Sequence record: OL631482.1
Source of the DNA: Escherichia phage ECML-359
Direction: 5' to 3' (one strand)
Length of the DNA: 64,000 bases
The notes under the pieces were generated by a model. It was not told the DNA's origin. It ran no database searches and saw only the letters and a program-made list of their open reading frames with translations. Below are positions 28,593 through 41,132 of the stretch, piece after piece; the first letter of the stretch is position 1, and each line of letters begins with the position of its first letter. Made by a program: the position numbers and the translations under genes.

Positions 28593-29377
28593 TGGCTACT
28601 TATGACGCAAGATTATTCGCCCGGCTCGAAGACGGGACCGGGTATGACAATATCAATGCTACAGAGATATTGAACCCTTATGTAAACTTTATGCATCATG
28701 AAAATACCCAGACTTTAGCCGATGCTATTGTTGCTGAAAGTATTCAGATGCGCGGAATGTCTCTTTATTATATCCCAAGGCAATTCGTTAAACCGGATTT
28801 GTTATTTGGTGAAGACCTCCAGAGTAAATTTGATAAAGCATGGAAATTTGCTGGATATCTGGATACGTTCGATGCATATCAGGGTGACGGTTCTATCTTT
28901 AGTAAATTCGGTATGACTGTGAACGATGAAATTACAATATCGATTAACCCTAACCTGTTTAAACACCAATGTAACGGAACCGAACCTATTGCCGGGGATT
29001 TGATTTATTTCCCTCTCGATAACAGTCTGTTCGAAATTACGTGGGTGCAGCCTTATGACCCATTCTATCAGGTAGGTCAAAACGCCATTCGTAAAATCAC
29101 CGCGAGCAAATACATTTACTCCGGAGAAGAGCTTAAACCTGAATTGCAACGAAATGAAGGTATTAATATTCCAGAATTCAGTGAGCTCGATTTACAACCA
29201 ATCCACAATATCGATGGTCTTACAGATATCAGCGATATCCCTTATGCTGAATCCAATGAGATTAACGCAGAAGCAGCTGAATATGTTAAACCATATTTTG
29301 TGCAGAATGGTCGTGGACTTGAGGCTCCACCTAAGGCAAAACAGGATAGCTTTGACGATAGTTTCTTTGATGAATAA
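28592..29377 (+). CDS. 14: neck protein gp14
   Basis: 261 aa; ATGG overlap with gene 13. Confidence 0.9.
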   Translation: MATYDARLFARLEDGTGYDNINATEILNPYVNFMHHENTQTLADAIVAESIQMRGMSLYYIPRQFVKPDLLFGEDLQSKFDKAWKFAGYLDTFDAYQGDGSIFSKFGMTVNDEITISINPNLFKHQCNGTEPIAGDLIYFPLDNSLFEITWVQPYDPFYQVGQNAIRKITASKYIYSGEELKPELQRNEGINIPEFSELDLQPIHNIDGLTDISDIPYAESNEINAEAAEYVKPYFVQNGRGLEAPPKAKQDSFDDSFFDE

Positions 29378-29420
29378 ATACATTTATTAATGCGCCCGAA
29401 CTGGGCGCCTGGAGGTTACT

Positions 29421-30292
29421 TTGTTTGGGCATTTTTATAATTCGTCTCTGCGTCGCTATATCGTTTTAATGGGCGATTTATTTTCCCATGTACAAGTGGC
29501 CAGAACCAGAGAAGACACTGGACTTAAATATATTAAGGTCCCTATTTCTTATGCTTCAAAAGAAAAATTCATGATGCAGCTTGGAAAATGGACCGCTATT
29601 CAGAATACACCGACTCCTGACATGTCACCACAAGAACGTGCTGCTCAGAAGGCTAAAATCGAGACCGTATTGCCCCGTATGAACCTACATATGGTTGACT
29701 TGATGTATAACGGGCAATATAAAACGGCTCTCCAGAATCACACACAGGCGCGATTTGCTAATAACGACCCTCGCAAGCAGATATCTCAATATTCTCCTGT
29801 GCCGGTCAAAATGATTTTCGAGCTTGGAATATATACAAGGCATCAAGATGATATGTTCCAGATTATCGAACAAATCATGCCTTACTTCCAACCACATTTT
29901 AATACAACTATCACCGAACTTTACACGAATGAAATTACATTCGAACGTGATATAAGAATCGTATTGCAGTCCATAGCAATGGATGAGCAAATTGAAGGTG
30001 ATGCAATGACTCGTCGTAGACTCGAATGGTCCATTATGTTCGAAGTTAACGGTTGGTTATATCCACCGGTCAAGGAAGTAGCCGGGGAAATCCGTACTAT
30101 CTATCTTGACTTCTTTGCAAATTCCAGAGAGCTTGCACCGGAGGGCAATTTCGAATCTGTTGACTCGGAAGCTGTTCCACGAGACGTCGACCAAGAAGAC
30201 TGGCAAGGTGAATCTGTTCAAACATATTCGCAGGATATTCCTGTACCGGTTGACCCAGCGCCGCCAGCCCCAAGAAAAAATAGGGTACCACT

Positions 30293-30296
<4 letters not shown>
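29421..30296 (+). CDS. 15: tail sheath stabiliser/completion protein gp15
   Basis: [13 protein letters not shown]...; 291 aa. Confidence 0.9.
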
Positions 30297-32603
<2,307 letters not shown>

Positions 32604-32632
32604 AAGTAAAGCAAACTATTAGAGGACTCAAA

Positions 32633-34612
32633 ATGGCTTTATTATCCCCGGGCATTGAGCTCAAAGAAACAACGGTACAAAGCACTGTTGTTCGTAACGC
32701 GACGGGTCGTGCGGCGCTGGTTGGTAAATTCCAGTGGGGCCCAGCTTTCCAGGTAACTCAAATTACAAACGAAGTTGAACTTGTTGATTTGTTTGGTGGT
32801 CCGAATAATGAAACAGCAGATTACTTTATGAGTGGGATGAACTTCCTGCAATATGGTAACGACCTCCGTACTGTACGTGTTGTTAACCGTGACGAAGCTA
32901 AAAACGCATCCCCTATTGCTGGCAATATTGAAACTACCATCGTAACTGCTGGTACAAACTATGCTGTCGGTGATGTTATTCAGGTTAAACACAACCAGAC
33001 TGTTGTTGAACCGGCTGGCCGTGTGACCAAGGTCGACGTTGATGGTAAAATTCAGGCAATCTTTATTCCTACCGATAAGATTATTGCATTTGCCAAAACT
33101 ATTAACCAGTATCCTAATTTAGGTAGTGCATGGACTGCAGAAGTTACGACCACTTCTTCCGGTGTATCTGGTACCATTACTGTTGGGAAAATTGTTACCG
33201 ATTCTGGCATTCTGTTGACTGAAGCAGAAAACAGTGAAGAAGCAATTACTTCCCTGGAATTCCAGGCATCACTGGCAAAATATGCAATGCCGGGTGTTGT
33301 TGCTCTTTACCCAGGCGAAATCGGTTCGACTCTGGAAGTTGAAATCGTATCTAAAGCTGAATTTGAAAAAGGCGCAGCTGCAAATCTGAATATTTTCCCG
33401 GGCGGCGGAACGCGTGCTTCTGTGGCTCGTGCCGTGTTTAACTATGGCCCTCAGTCTGAAAACCAATATGCAATTATCGTTCGCCGCGATGGTGCAATCG
33501 TCGAAAACGTTGTTTTGTCTACCAAGCAGGGCGAAAAAGATGTTTACGGTAATAACATTTATCTGGATGACTACTTTGCAAAAGGTACTTCCAACTACAT
33601 CTATGCAACATCTCGCAACTGGCCTGTAGGCTTCAGTGGTATCATCAATCTGTCTGGTGGTATTTCTGCAAACGATAAGATTACCGCTGGTGATTTGATG
33701 CAAGGTTGGGACCTGTTTGCTGACCGTGAAGCACTGCATATTAACCTGCTTATCGCTGGTGCAGTAGCTGGTGAAGGTGATGCGACTGCTTCCACTGTTC
33801 AGAAACACGTGGTTTCTATTGCTGACGAACGTCAGGATTGTCTGGCATTTATTTCCCCGCCGAAAGGTCTGTTGGTTAACGTTCCTCTGACCCGTGCAGT
33901 GGATAACCTGATTGACTGGCGTACAGGTGCTGGCGCATTTGATACTGATAACATGAATATCAGCACGACTTATGCAGCGATTGATGGCAACTATAAATAT
34001 CAGTATGATAAATATAATGACGTTAACCGTTGGGTTCCTCTGGCAGCTGATATGGCTGGTCTGTGTGCTCGTACTGATGACGTTTCTCAGCCTTGGATGT
34101 CTCCGGCCGGTTATAACCGCGGTCAGATTCTGAACGTTCTGAAATTGGCTGTTGAACCACGTCAGACCCAACGTGACCGCATGTATCAAGAAGCTATCAA
34201 CCCGGTTGTTGGTTTCGCAGGTGGTGATGGTTTTGTTCTGTATGGTGATAAGACTGCAACTAAAGTTCCATCTCCGATGGACCATATTAACGTTCGTCGT
34301 CTTACGAATATGCTGAAGAAAAATATCGGTGATGCATCTAAATATAAACTGTTTGAGCTTAACGATAACTTCACTCGTGCATCATTCCGTATGGAAACTT
34401 CTCAATACTTGGATGGTATTCGTGCACTTGGTGGCATTTATGAAGGTCGTGTAGTTTGTGATACTACTAACAACACCCCGTCGGTCATAGACCGAAATGA
34501 GTTTGTTGCTAGCATTTATTTTAAACCTGCACGCAGCATCAACTACATCACTCTTAACTTCGTAGCCACTAGCACTGGTGCTGATTTTGATGAGCTGATT
34601 GGGCCACAATAA
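32633..34612 (+). CDS. 18: tail sheath protein gp18
   Basis: MALLSPGIELKET...; 659 aa. Confidence 0.95.
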   Translation: MALLSPGIELKETTVQSTVVRNATGRAALVGKFQWGPAFQVTQITNEVELVDLFGGPNNETADYFMSGMNFLQYGNDLRTVRVVNRDEAKNASPIAGNIETTIVTAGTNYAVGDVIQVKHNQTVVEPAGRVTKVDVDGKIQAIFIPTDKIIAFAKTINQYPNLGSAWTAEVTTTSSGVSGTITVGKIVTDSGILLTEAENSEEAITSLEFQASLAKYAMPGVVALYPGEIGSTLEVEIVSKAEFEKGAAANLNIFPGGGTRASVARAVFNYGPQSENQYAIIVRRDGAIVENVVLSTKQGEKDVYGNNIYLDDYFAKGTSNYIYATSRNWPVGFSGIINLSGGISANDKITAGDLMQGWDLFADREALHINLLIAGAVAGEGDATASTVQKHVVSIADERQDCLAFISPPKGLLVNVPLTRAVDNLIDWRTGAGAFDTDNMNISTTYAAIDGNYKYQYDKYNDVNRWVPLAADMAGLCARTDDVSQPWMSPAGYNRGQILNVLKLAVEPRQTQRDRMYQEAINPVVGFAGGDGFVLYGDKTATKVPSPMDHINVRRLTNMLKKNIGDASKYKLFELNDNFTRASFRMETSQYLDGIRALGGIYEGRVVCDTTNNTPSVIDRNEFVASIYFKPARSINYITLNFVATSTGADFDELIGPQ

Positions 34613-34636
34613 TTATCATCGCTTAGAATGAATTAA

Positions 34637-34688
34637 TCAGTTAGAAACCGTAGAACCATTATACAGTGGTATAAATAAAAGCATAATC
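34637..34688 (-). promoter_or_regulatory. middle-promoter-like element inside a stem-loop, antisense to gene 18
   Basis: minus-strand reading: TGCTTTTA-N12-TATAAT-GGTTCTACGG; inverted repeat accgtagaacc / ggttctacgg. Confidence 0.45.
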
Positions 34689-34756
34689 GGTTCTACGGGC
34701 TCCTGTGGTTGATTCTGGGAAGCCATTATCTTGAGATGATGAATCATATTACCTAG

Positions 34757-34764
34757 TATAAATA
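34757..34764 (+). promoter_or_regulatory. late promoter TATAAATA (gene 19)
   Basis: exact TATAAATA; AAAGAGGA RBS before ATG at 34817. Confidence 0.6.
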
Positions 34765-34816
34765 CATGCATCAGGGACGCGTTCGCGCGACCTGTGTCTA
34801 TAAAGAGGATTCCTTA

Positions 34817-35308
34817 ATGGAGTTGACCGATATCACACGCGCTTTCGAATCCGGCGACTTTGCTCGCCCTAACCTGTTCGAAGTCGAAATCCCATTCCTG
34901 GGTAAAAACTTTGCTTTCCATTGTAAAGCAGCCCCGATGCCTGCTGGCATTGTAGAAAAAGTTCCTGTCGGTTACATGAACCGTAAAATCAACGTTGCGG
35001 GCGACCGTACATTTGATGACTGGACTATTACGATTTATAACGACGATGCTCATAAAGTTCGTCAAGCAATTGTTGATTGGCAAAACCTGTGTCACGGTAT
35101 GACTAACGAAATCACCGGTGCAGCTCCTGCTGATTATAAGAAAACTGCTACTGTCCGCCAGTTCCATCGTGATGGCAAGACCGTTACGAAAGAAGTTGTT
35201 ATTACCGGCATGTGGCCAACCAACGTTGGGGAAGTCCAGATGGATTGGGACAGTAACAACGAAATTGAAACGTTCGAAGCAACGTTTGCAATTGACTGGT
35301 GGGAATAA
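34817..35308 (+). CDS. 19: tail tube protein gp19
   Basis: ORF track 34766..35308 trimmed to MELTDITRAFESGDFARPNLFEVEI...; 163 aa. Confidence 0.95.
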   Translation: MELTDITRAFESGDFARPNLFEVEIPFLGKNFAFHCKAAPMPAGIVEKVPVGYMNRKINVAGDRTFDDWTITIYNDDAHKVRQAIVDWQNLCHGMTNEITGAAPADYKKTATVRQFHRDGKTVTKEVVITGMWPTNVGEVQMDWDSNNEIETFEATFAIDWWE

Positions 35309-35309
35309 G

Positions 35310-35317
35310 TATAAATA
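35310..35317 (+). promoter_or_regulatory. late promoter TATAAATA (gene 20)
   Basis: exact TATAAATA just after gene 19 stop; hairpin gaggcttcggcctc follows. Confidence 0.55.
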
Positions 35318-35365
35318 AAGTTATTATGAGGCTTCGGCCTCATTTCCCAAACTTCGGAGACTCTA

Positions 35366-36940
35366 ATGGCAGGTTTTAACACAATACTAAATTTTCTTAA
35401 GCCTTGGGCTAAAGAAGATGAACAAGAATATAAGCAACAAGAAAAAAATAATTTAGAGTCAATGACCGGGCCGAAGTTTGACGATGGGGCTCGCGAAATT
35501 GAGTCACAAGAACAAAACGTCCCGTATAATGCATTGATGCAACAGATGTTCGGGAGTAATGAACCTGAAGTAAAAAATACCAGGGAATTAATTGACACAT
35601 ACCGCAACTTACTAAATAATTATGAAGTTGATAACGCGGTGCAAGAAATTGTGTCTGATGCTATCGTTTTTGAAGACGGTAAAGATGTTGTAGCTCTTAA
35701 CCTTGATGCTACCGAATTTAGTCAGAAAATTAAAGACCGAATCCTCGAAGAATTCACGGAAGTTAATAACCTCCTCAATTTCGAGCGTAAAGGTTCTGAC
35801 CACTTTAAACGTTGGTATGTGGATTCTCGAATTTTCTTCCACAAAATTATCAACCCAGCAAAACTTAAAGATGGAGTTCAAGAACTTCGTCGCCTTGACC
35901 CAAGACAAATCCAGTTCATCCGTGAAATCGTTACACGCATGGAAAATGGCACAAAAATTGTCGACGGTTACAGAGAATATTTTGTATACGATACTGGCCA
36001 TGAAAGTTATTGTGCCGATGGTCGTATATATGAAGCAGGTACTAAAATAAAAATTCCTCGTGCGGCGATTGTATATGCGCATTCTGGATTACTCGATTGC
36101 TGTGGCAAGAATATCATCGGATACTTACAACGAGCAATTAAACCTGCAAACCAATTAAAACTATTAGAAGATGCTTTAGTCATTTATCGTATAACTCGTG
36201 CCCCAGACCGCCGAGTCTTTTATATCGATACTGGGAATATGCCGTCTCGTAAAGCAGCAGCACACATGCAACATATTATGAATACGATGAAAAACCGTGT
36301 CGTATATGATGCAACCACGGGTAAAATCAAAAACCAACAGCACAACATGTCTATGACCGAAGACTATTGGTTGCAACGTCGTGATGGTAAAGCAGTCACC
36401 GAAGTTGATACTCTCCCAGGCGCGCAAGGCATGTCGGATATGGACGATGTTCGCTGGTTTAAGAACAACCTATATCAGGCTCTCCGAATTCCATTATCTC
36501 GTATCCCTAATGACCAAAACAGCGGCGTTATGTTTGATGCGGGCGCGACAATTACTCGCGATGAATTGAATTTCTCTAAATGGATTAGGCAGCTACAGAA
36601 TAAATTTGAAGAAGTTTTCCTCGACCCGCTTAAAACCAACCTTATCCTGAAAAAAATTATTTCAGAAGAGGAATGGGAAAAGGAACTAAATAATATTAAA
36701 GTTACGTTCAACCGTGATAGCTATTTCACCGAAATGAAAGACGCAGAAATCATGGAACGCAGAATCAATATGCTAACGATGGCTGAACCGTTTATCGGTA
36801 AATATATTTCGCATCAAACGGCTATGAAGGACTTCCTCCAGATGTCTGATGAAGAAATTAATCAAGAAGCTAAGCAAATTGAATTGGAGTCCAAAGAGGC
36901 TCGTTTCCAAAACCCTGAAGAAGAAGAAGAGGATTTCTAA
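35366..36940 (+). CDS. 20: portal vertex protein gp20
   Basis: 524 aa; synteny; acidic C-terminus. Confidence 0.95.
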   Translation: MAGFNTILNFLKPWAKEDEQEYKQQEKNNLESMTGPKFDDGAREIESQEQNVPYNALMQQMFGSNEPEVKNTRELIDTYRNLLNNYEVDNAVQEIVSDAIVFEDGKDVVALNLDATEFSQKIKDRILEEFTEVNNLLNFERKGSDHFKRWYVDSRIFFHKIINPAKLKDGVQELRRLDPRQIQFIREIVTRMENGTKIVDGYREYFVYDTGHESYCADGRIYEAGTKIKIPRAAIVYAHSGLLDCCGKNIIGYLQRAIKPANQLKLLEDALVIYRITRAPDRRVFYIDTGNMPSRKAAAHMQHIMNTMKNRVVYDATTGKIKNQQHNMSMTEDYWLQRRDGKAVTEVDTLPGAQGMSDMDDVRWFKNNLYQALRIPLSRIPNDQNSGVMFDAGATITRDELNFSKWIRQLQNKFEEVFLDPLKTNLILKKIISEEEWEKELNNIKVTFNRDSYFTEMKDAEIMERRINMLTMAEPFIGKYISHQTAMKDFLQMSDEEINQEAKQIELESKEARFQNPEEEEEDF

Positions 36941-37191
36941 TGGATGATTTATTTGAAGCCATTAAATCAAACGACCTCGTAGCCGTTCGCAAATATTTTG
37001 CTGAAAACATTGGCCCAGTATGCGGTAGTTTGATTGAAGAACGTAAGATTGAAATTGCACGTTCCATCATGATTGAAGGCGAAGAGCCTAAAGAAGATGA
37101 TGAAGACGGTAAAGCAGAAAAGAAAGACAAAAAAGAATCTGATGACGCTGACGAAGGCGACGATGATGAAGATGATGAGGACGATGAATAA
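36940..37191 (+). CDS. 67: prohead core protein gp67
   Basis: 83 aa, acidic C-terminal tail; ATGG overlap. Confidence 0.85.
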   Translation: MDDLFEAIKSNDLVAVRKYFAENIGPVCGSLIEERKIEIARSIMIEGEEPKEDDEDGKAEKKDKKESDDADEGDDDEDDEDDE

Positions 37192-37619
37192 TGTTTATTA
37201 TCCCTGATGATTACGAATTAACTCTTGAAAACATTGAAAGTGTTTCCGAAGAAGCTCAGGGACAATTTGATTCATTATCTGAAGCTTTAGAAAAAGACGA
37301 TATAAATATTATTGTAGAAAACATGTTTGCAGCTGGTGAATATGAAAAAGCAACGGTTATCGGCGCGCTGAATGAAGGTGTTCAGCTTAACGAATTTATC
37401 GTTAAACATGTATCGTCTCGCGGTGAGTTAACCCGCACAAAAGACCTAGCTACTCGTAAGCGTAATGCTTTCCAAACAACTGGTCTTTCTAAAGCTAAAC
37501 GTCGTCAAATTGCCCGTCTGGCTACTAAAACAAAAAGAGCAAACCCATCTACGCAAATCAGAGCAGAGCGCAAGCGCAAAAAAGCTCGAGCTAAGCGTAA
37601 AGCATTCGGACTTGATTAA
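37191..37619 (+). CDS. 68: prohead core protein gp68
   Basis: 142 aa, basic C-terminus; synteny. Confidence 0.85.
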   Translation: MFIIPDDYELTLENIESVSEEAQGQFDSLSEALEKDDINIIVENMFAAGEYEKATVIGALNEGVQLNEFIVKHVSSRGELTRTKDLATRKRNAFQTTGLSKAKRRQIARLATKTKRANPSTQIRAERKRKKARAKRKAFGLD

Positions 37620-38257
37620 TGGAACAGAAACCAGAGTTACTAATCGAACACTGGGGTCAACCGGGCGAAATTAAAGATGGTGTACCGATGTTGGAATCTC
37701 ATGATGGTTCCAGCACCGGTTTAAAGCCAGGACTTTATATTGAAGGTATTTTCCTACAAGCTGAAGTTGTTAACCGTAATAAACGACTTTATCCTAAACA
37801 TATTTTGGAAAAAGCCGTTGCTGATTATATGACAGAACAGGTTGCTACTAAACAAGCTTTAGGAGAATTAAATCATCCGCCCCGTGCTAACGTCGACCCT
37901 ATGCAAGCCGCTATTATTATTGAAGATATGTGGTGGAAAGGTAATGATGTATATGGCCGCGCGCGTATTATCGAAGGCGACCATGGCCCAGGTGATAAAC
38001 TTGCTGCAAATATAAGAGCAGGTTGGATTCCAGGTGTATCTAGTCGTGGACTTGGTTCCTTGACTAAATCAGCAAAAGGTTATAGCATCGTTAATGAAGG
38101 TTTTAAATTGACGGTTGGAGTAGATGCAGTATGGGGGCCAAGTGCTCCGGACGCTTGGGTCAAACCAAAGCAGATTACAGAATCACAAACGGCAGTTGCC
38201 GATACCAGTGCCGATGACGCCTTTATGGCTCTCGCAGAGGCTTTAAAGACGTTATAA
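37619..38257 (+). CDS. 21: prohead core scaffold protein and protease gp21
   Basis: 212 aa; synteny. Confidence 0.9.
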   Translation: MEQKPELLIEHWGQPGEIKDGVPMLESHDGSSTGLKPGLYIEGIFLQAEVVNRNKRLYPKHILEKAVADYMTEQVATKQALGELNHPPRANVDPMQAAIIIEDMWWKGNDVYGRARIIEGDHGPGDKLAANIRAGWIPGVSSRGLGSLTKSAKGYSIVNEGFKLTVGVDAVWGPSAPDAWVKPKQITESQTAVADTSADDAFMALAEALKTL

Positions 38258-38260
38258 ATA
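38253..38260 (+). promoter_or_regulatory. late promoter TATAAATA (gene 22)
   Basis: exact TATAAATA overlapping gene 21 stop. Confidence 0.55.
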
Positions 38261-38289
38261 AATGTATATCTTAACAACAGGACTACAAA

Positions 38290-39108
38290 ATGCTTAAAGA
38301 ACAACTCATTTCTGAAGCTCAGAATATCGATGCTTCCGTTGCTCTCGATAGTATTTTCGAATCAGTTAATTTGTCCCCGGAAGCGAAAGCTACCTTCGGC
38401 ACTGTATTCGAAGCTACCGTCAAGCAACACGCCATCAAACTGGCAGAATCTCACATTCACGCCATCGCTGAAAAAGCTGAAGAAGAAGTCGAAAAGAATA
38501 AAGAAGAAGCCGACGAAAAAGCAGAGAAAAAACTGAAAGAATCTGCCGCTAAATTCCTGGACCACGTTGCTAAAGAATGGCTCGCTGAAAATAAACTGGC
38601 TGTCGACCGTGGCATTAAAGCTGACCTGTTCGAATCCATGTTCACCGGCATGAAAGAACTGTTCGTTGAGCACAACGTTGTTGTTCCAGAAGAATCTGTC
38701 GATGTTGTTGCAGAAATGCAGGAAGAACTGGCTGAACAGAAAGAAGAAACCGCTAATCTGTTCGAAGAAGTTGCTAAGCGTGATGCTTATATCAATTATG
38801 TCCAACGTGAAGTTGCGTTGACTGAAGCGACTAAAGACCTGACTGAATCTCAAAAAGAAAAAGTTGGTTCTCTGGTAGAAGGCATGGAATACTCTGATGC
38901 ATTCGGTACCAAAATTGGCGCTATCGTTGAAATGGTTAAAGGTCAGGTAGAACCCACCAACAAACCAATCACCGAAGCCGCTATAAATAAAAATGTAGAC
39001 GATGCTGCGGCACTGAATTACATTTCAGAAGCAGTTGAAGAAAAAGGCGCCAAGCCTACCCTGTCCTTCGCGGACTTGTCTGCTCTCGCAGCATCACGAA
39101 TTTCTTAA
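38290..39108 (+). CDS. 22: prohead core scaffold protein gp22
   Basis: 272 aa, highly charged E/K-rich. Confidence 0.9.
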   Translation: MLKEQLISEAQNIDASVALDSIFESVNLSPEAKATFGTVFEATVKQHAIKLAESHIHAIAEKAEEEVEKNKEEADEKAEKKLKESAAKFLDHVAKEWLAENKLAVDRGIKADLFESMFTGMKELFVEHNVVVPEESVDVVAEMQEELAEQKEETANLFEEVAKRDAYINYVQREVALTEATKDLTESQKEKVGSLVEGMEYSDAFGTKIGAIVEMVKGQVEPTNKPITEAAINKNVDDAAALNYISEAVEEKGAKPTLSFADLSALAASRIS

Positions 39109-39129
39109 TTTAATAAGGTTATACAACAC

Positions 39130-40689
39130 ATGAAAAAGAATGCATTAGTTCAAAAATGGTCCGCTCTGCTGGAAAACGAAGCTCTTCCGGAAATCGTTGG
39201 TGCTTCTAAACAAGCTATCATCGCTAAAATCTTTGAAAACCAGGAACAAGATATTCTGACCGCTCCTGAATACCGTGACGAAAAAATCTCCGAAGCATTT
39301 GGTTCTTTCCTGACCGAAGCTGAAATCGGTGGTGACCATGGTTATGATGCTACCAATATCGCTGCTGGCCAGACCTCTGGTGCAGTAACTCAGATTGGGC
39401 CGGCAGTTATGGGTATGGTTCGTCGTGCTATCCCGCATCTGATTGCGTTTGATATTTGTGGCGTACAGCCTCTGAACAACCCGACTGGCCAGGTATTTGC
39501 CCTGCGTGCAGTTTACGGTAAAGACCCTGTAGCTGCTGGTGCTAAAGAAGCTTTCCACCCGATGTATGCTCCAAATGCTATGTTCTCTGGTCAGGGCGCT
39601 GCTGAAGCTTTCGAAGCTCTGGCTGCAAGCAAAGTTCTTACCGTTGGTAAAATTTATTCTCACTTCTTCGAAGCAACCGGTGCCGCGCACTTCCAGGCTG
39701 TTGAAGCTGTAACCGTTGATGCTGCTGCTACTGATGCCGCTAAACTTGACGCCGAAGTTACCAAACTGCTCGAAGCTGGTAAGCTGGCCGAAATCGCTGA
39801 AGGTATGGCTACCTCTATCGCCGAATTGCAGGAAGGCTTCAACGGTTCTACTGATAACCCGTGGAACGAAATGGGCTTCCGTATCGATAAACAAGTTATC
39901 GAAGCTAAATCTCGTCAGCTGAAAGCAAGTTACTCCATCGAACTGGCACAGGACCTGCGCGCTGTTCACGGTATGGATGCTGATGCCGAATTGAGTGGTA
40001 TTCTGGCTACCGAAATTATGTTGGAAATCAACCGCGAAGTTATCGATTGGATTAACTACTCCGCACAGGTTGGTAAATCTGGTATGACCAACACCGTTGG
40101 CGCTAAAGCTGGTGTGTTTGACTTCCAGGACCCGATTGATATCCGTGGCGCTCGTTGGGCTGGTGAAAGCTTCAAAGCTTTACTGTTCCAGATTGATAAA
40201 GAAGCCGCTGAAATCGCTCGTCAGACTGGCCGTGGTGCAGGTAACTTCATCATCGCTTCCCGTAACGTAGTTAACGTACTGGCTGCAGTTGATACCTCCG
40301 TATCTTATGCTGCTCAGGGTCTGGGTAAAGGTTTCAACGTTGACACCACTAAAGCTGTGTTCGCTGGTGTTCTGGGTGGCAAATACCGTGTATACATCGA
40401 CCAGTATGCTCGTGCAGACTATTTCACCATCGGTTACAAAGGCGCTAACGAAATGGATGCTGGTATCTACTACGCACCATATGTTGCACTGACCCCGCTG
40501 CGTGGCTCTGACCCGAAAAACTTCCAGCCGGTTATGGGCTTCAAAACCCGTTACGGTATCGGTATTAACCCGTTCGCTGACCCGGTAGCTCAGGCTCCGA
40601 CTAAGCGCATTCAGAACGGCATGCCAGACATCGTTAACAGCCTCGGCTTGAACGGTTACTTCCGCCGCGTATATGTTAAAGGAATTTAA
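39130..40689 (+). CDS. 23: major capsid protein gp23
   Basis: 519 aa; protease-site-containing N-terminal region ...LTEAEIGG; strong codon bias. Confidence 0.95.
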   Translation: MKKNALVQKWSALLENEALPEIVGASKQAIIAKIFENQEQDILTAPEYRDEKISEAFGSFLTEAEIGGDHGYDATNIAAGQTSGAVTQIGPAVMGMVRRAIPHLIAFDICGVQPLNNPTGQVFALRAVYGKDPVAAGAKEAFHPMYAPNAMFSGQGAAEAFEALAASKVLTVGKIYSHFFEATGAAHFQAVEAVTVDAAATDAAKLDAEVTKLLEAGKLAEIAEGMATSIAELQEGFNGSTDNPWNEMGFRIDKQVIEAKSRQLKASYSIELAQDLRAVHGMDADAELSGILATEIMLEINREVIDWINYSAQVGKSGMTNTVGAKAGVFDFQDPIDIRGARWAGESFKALLFQIDKEAAEIARQTGRGAGNFIIASRNVVNVLAAVDTSVSYAAQGLGKGFNVDTTKAVFAGVLGGKYRVYIDQYARADYFTIGYKGANEMDAGIYYAPYVALTPLRGSDPKNFQPVMGFKTRYGIGINPFADPVAQAPTKRIQNGMPDIVNSLGLNGYFRRVYVKGI

Positions 40690-40707
40690 TCCTAGATTAA
40701 GTTAAAT

Positions 40708-40740
40708 AAAAAGGGACCCTTGAGGTCCCTTTCTTGTTTT
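40708..40740. terminator. bidirectional hairpin terminator between gene 23 and the minus-strand 93-aa ORF
   Basis: aaaagggacccttgaggtccctttc flanked by A-run and T-run. Confidence 0.6.
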
Positions 40741-41021
40741 CATACCATACCATTTAAATGAACTTCTACCCGGCGCTTGATGAGGTCTCTGAAGTTAACA
40801 TTGTTTTCTTGAAGTTTCAACCAGTTACCATTTTTATCTTTAGTGTGAGTAGAATAATTACCATTCCACCAGAAATCAGTGTCATATGCTAAGTTTTCAT
40901 ATTTTTTAACTAGTTTGTTCAGAGCATTACCATTAACACCATTTGGGTATTTGTTGACCAATGCAATAACTTCAATTTCCAATTTTTTAAAGGTGTTCAG
41001 AAGGAAAGTTGCTTTGTTCAT
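40740..41021 (-). CDS. hypothetical early protein (93 aa) in the gene 23-24 intergenic slot
   Basis: clean ORF; GGAG RBS; strong early promoter cassette 41022-41100 upstream. Confidence 0.6.
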   Translation of the reverse strand: MNKATFLLNTFKKLEIEVIALVNKYPNGVNGNALNKLVKKYENLAYDTDFWWNGNYSTHTKDKNGNWLKLQENNVNFRDLIKRRVEVHLNGMV

Positions 41022-41100
41022 TTTTAAACTCCAGGTTTTGTTTGTTAACTCAGTATGGAATCATTATGTCTTATCTTAATCTGGTTGTAAACAACTTTTA
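41022..41100 (-). promoter_or_regulatory. early promoter cassette (-35 GTTTAC, 18-nt spacer, -10 CATAAT, conserved leader)
   Basis: leader matches copies at about 2521, 3021 and 3541. Confidence 0.6.
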
Positions 41101-41106
41101 TAAATA
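41099..41106 (+). promoter_or_regulatory. late promoter TATAAATA (gene 24)
   Basis: exact TATAAATA about 25 nt upstream of ATG at 41133. Confidence 0.6.
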
Positions 41107-41132
41107 AAGTATATCACAAAAGGAAAGCGCAA

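Noticed and set aside
33269-34285. 338-aa minus-strand ORF inside gene 18
   Set aside because: Fully contained antisense within the tail sheath gene; Cys/Thr/Asn-rich low-complexity translation typical of a shadow frame; no RBS or promoter.
37080-37190. Acidic Asp/Glu runs at C-termini of gp67, uvsW.1 and gp20
   Set aside because: Low-complexity acidic tails are normal for these T4 proteins; not an independent repeat element.
38362-38853. 163-aa minus-strand ORF inside gene 22
   Set aside because: Antisense artefact of the E/K-rich scaffold gene (complementary F/S-rich frame).
39145-39969. 274-aa minus-strand ORF inside gene 23
   Set aside because: Antisense to the major capsid gene; Ser/Phe-rich nonsense-like composition; shadow ORF.
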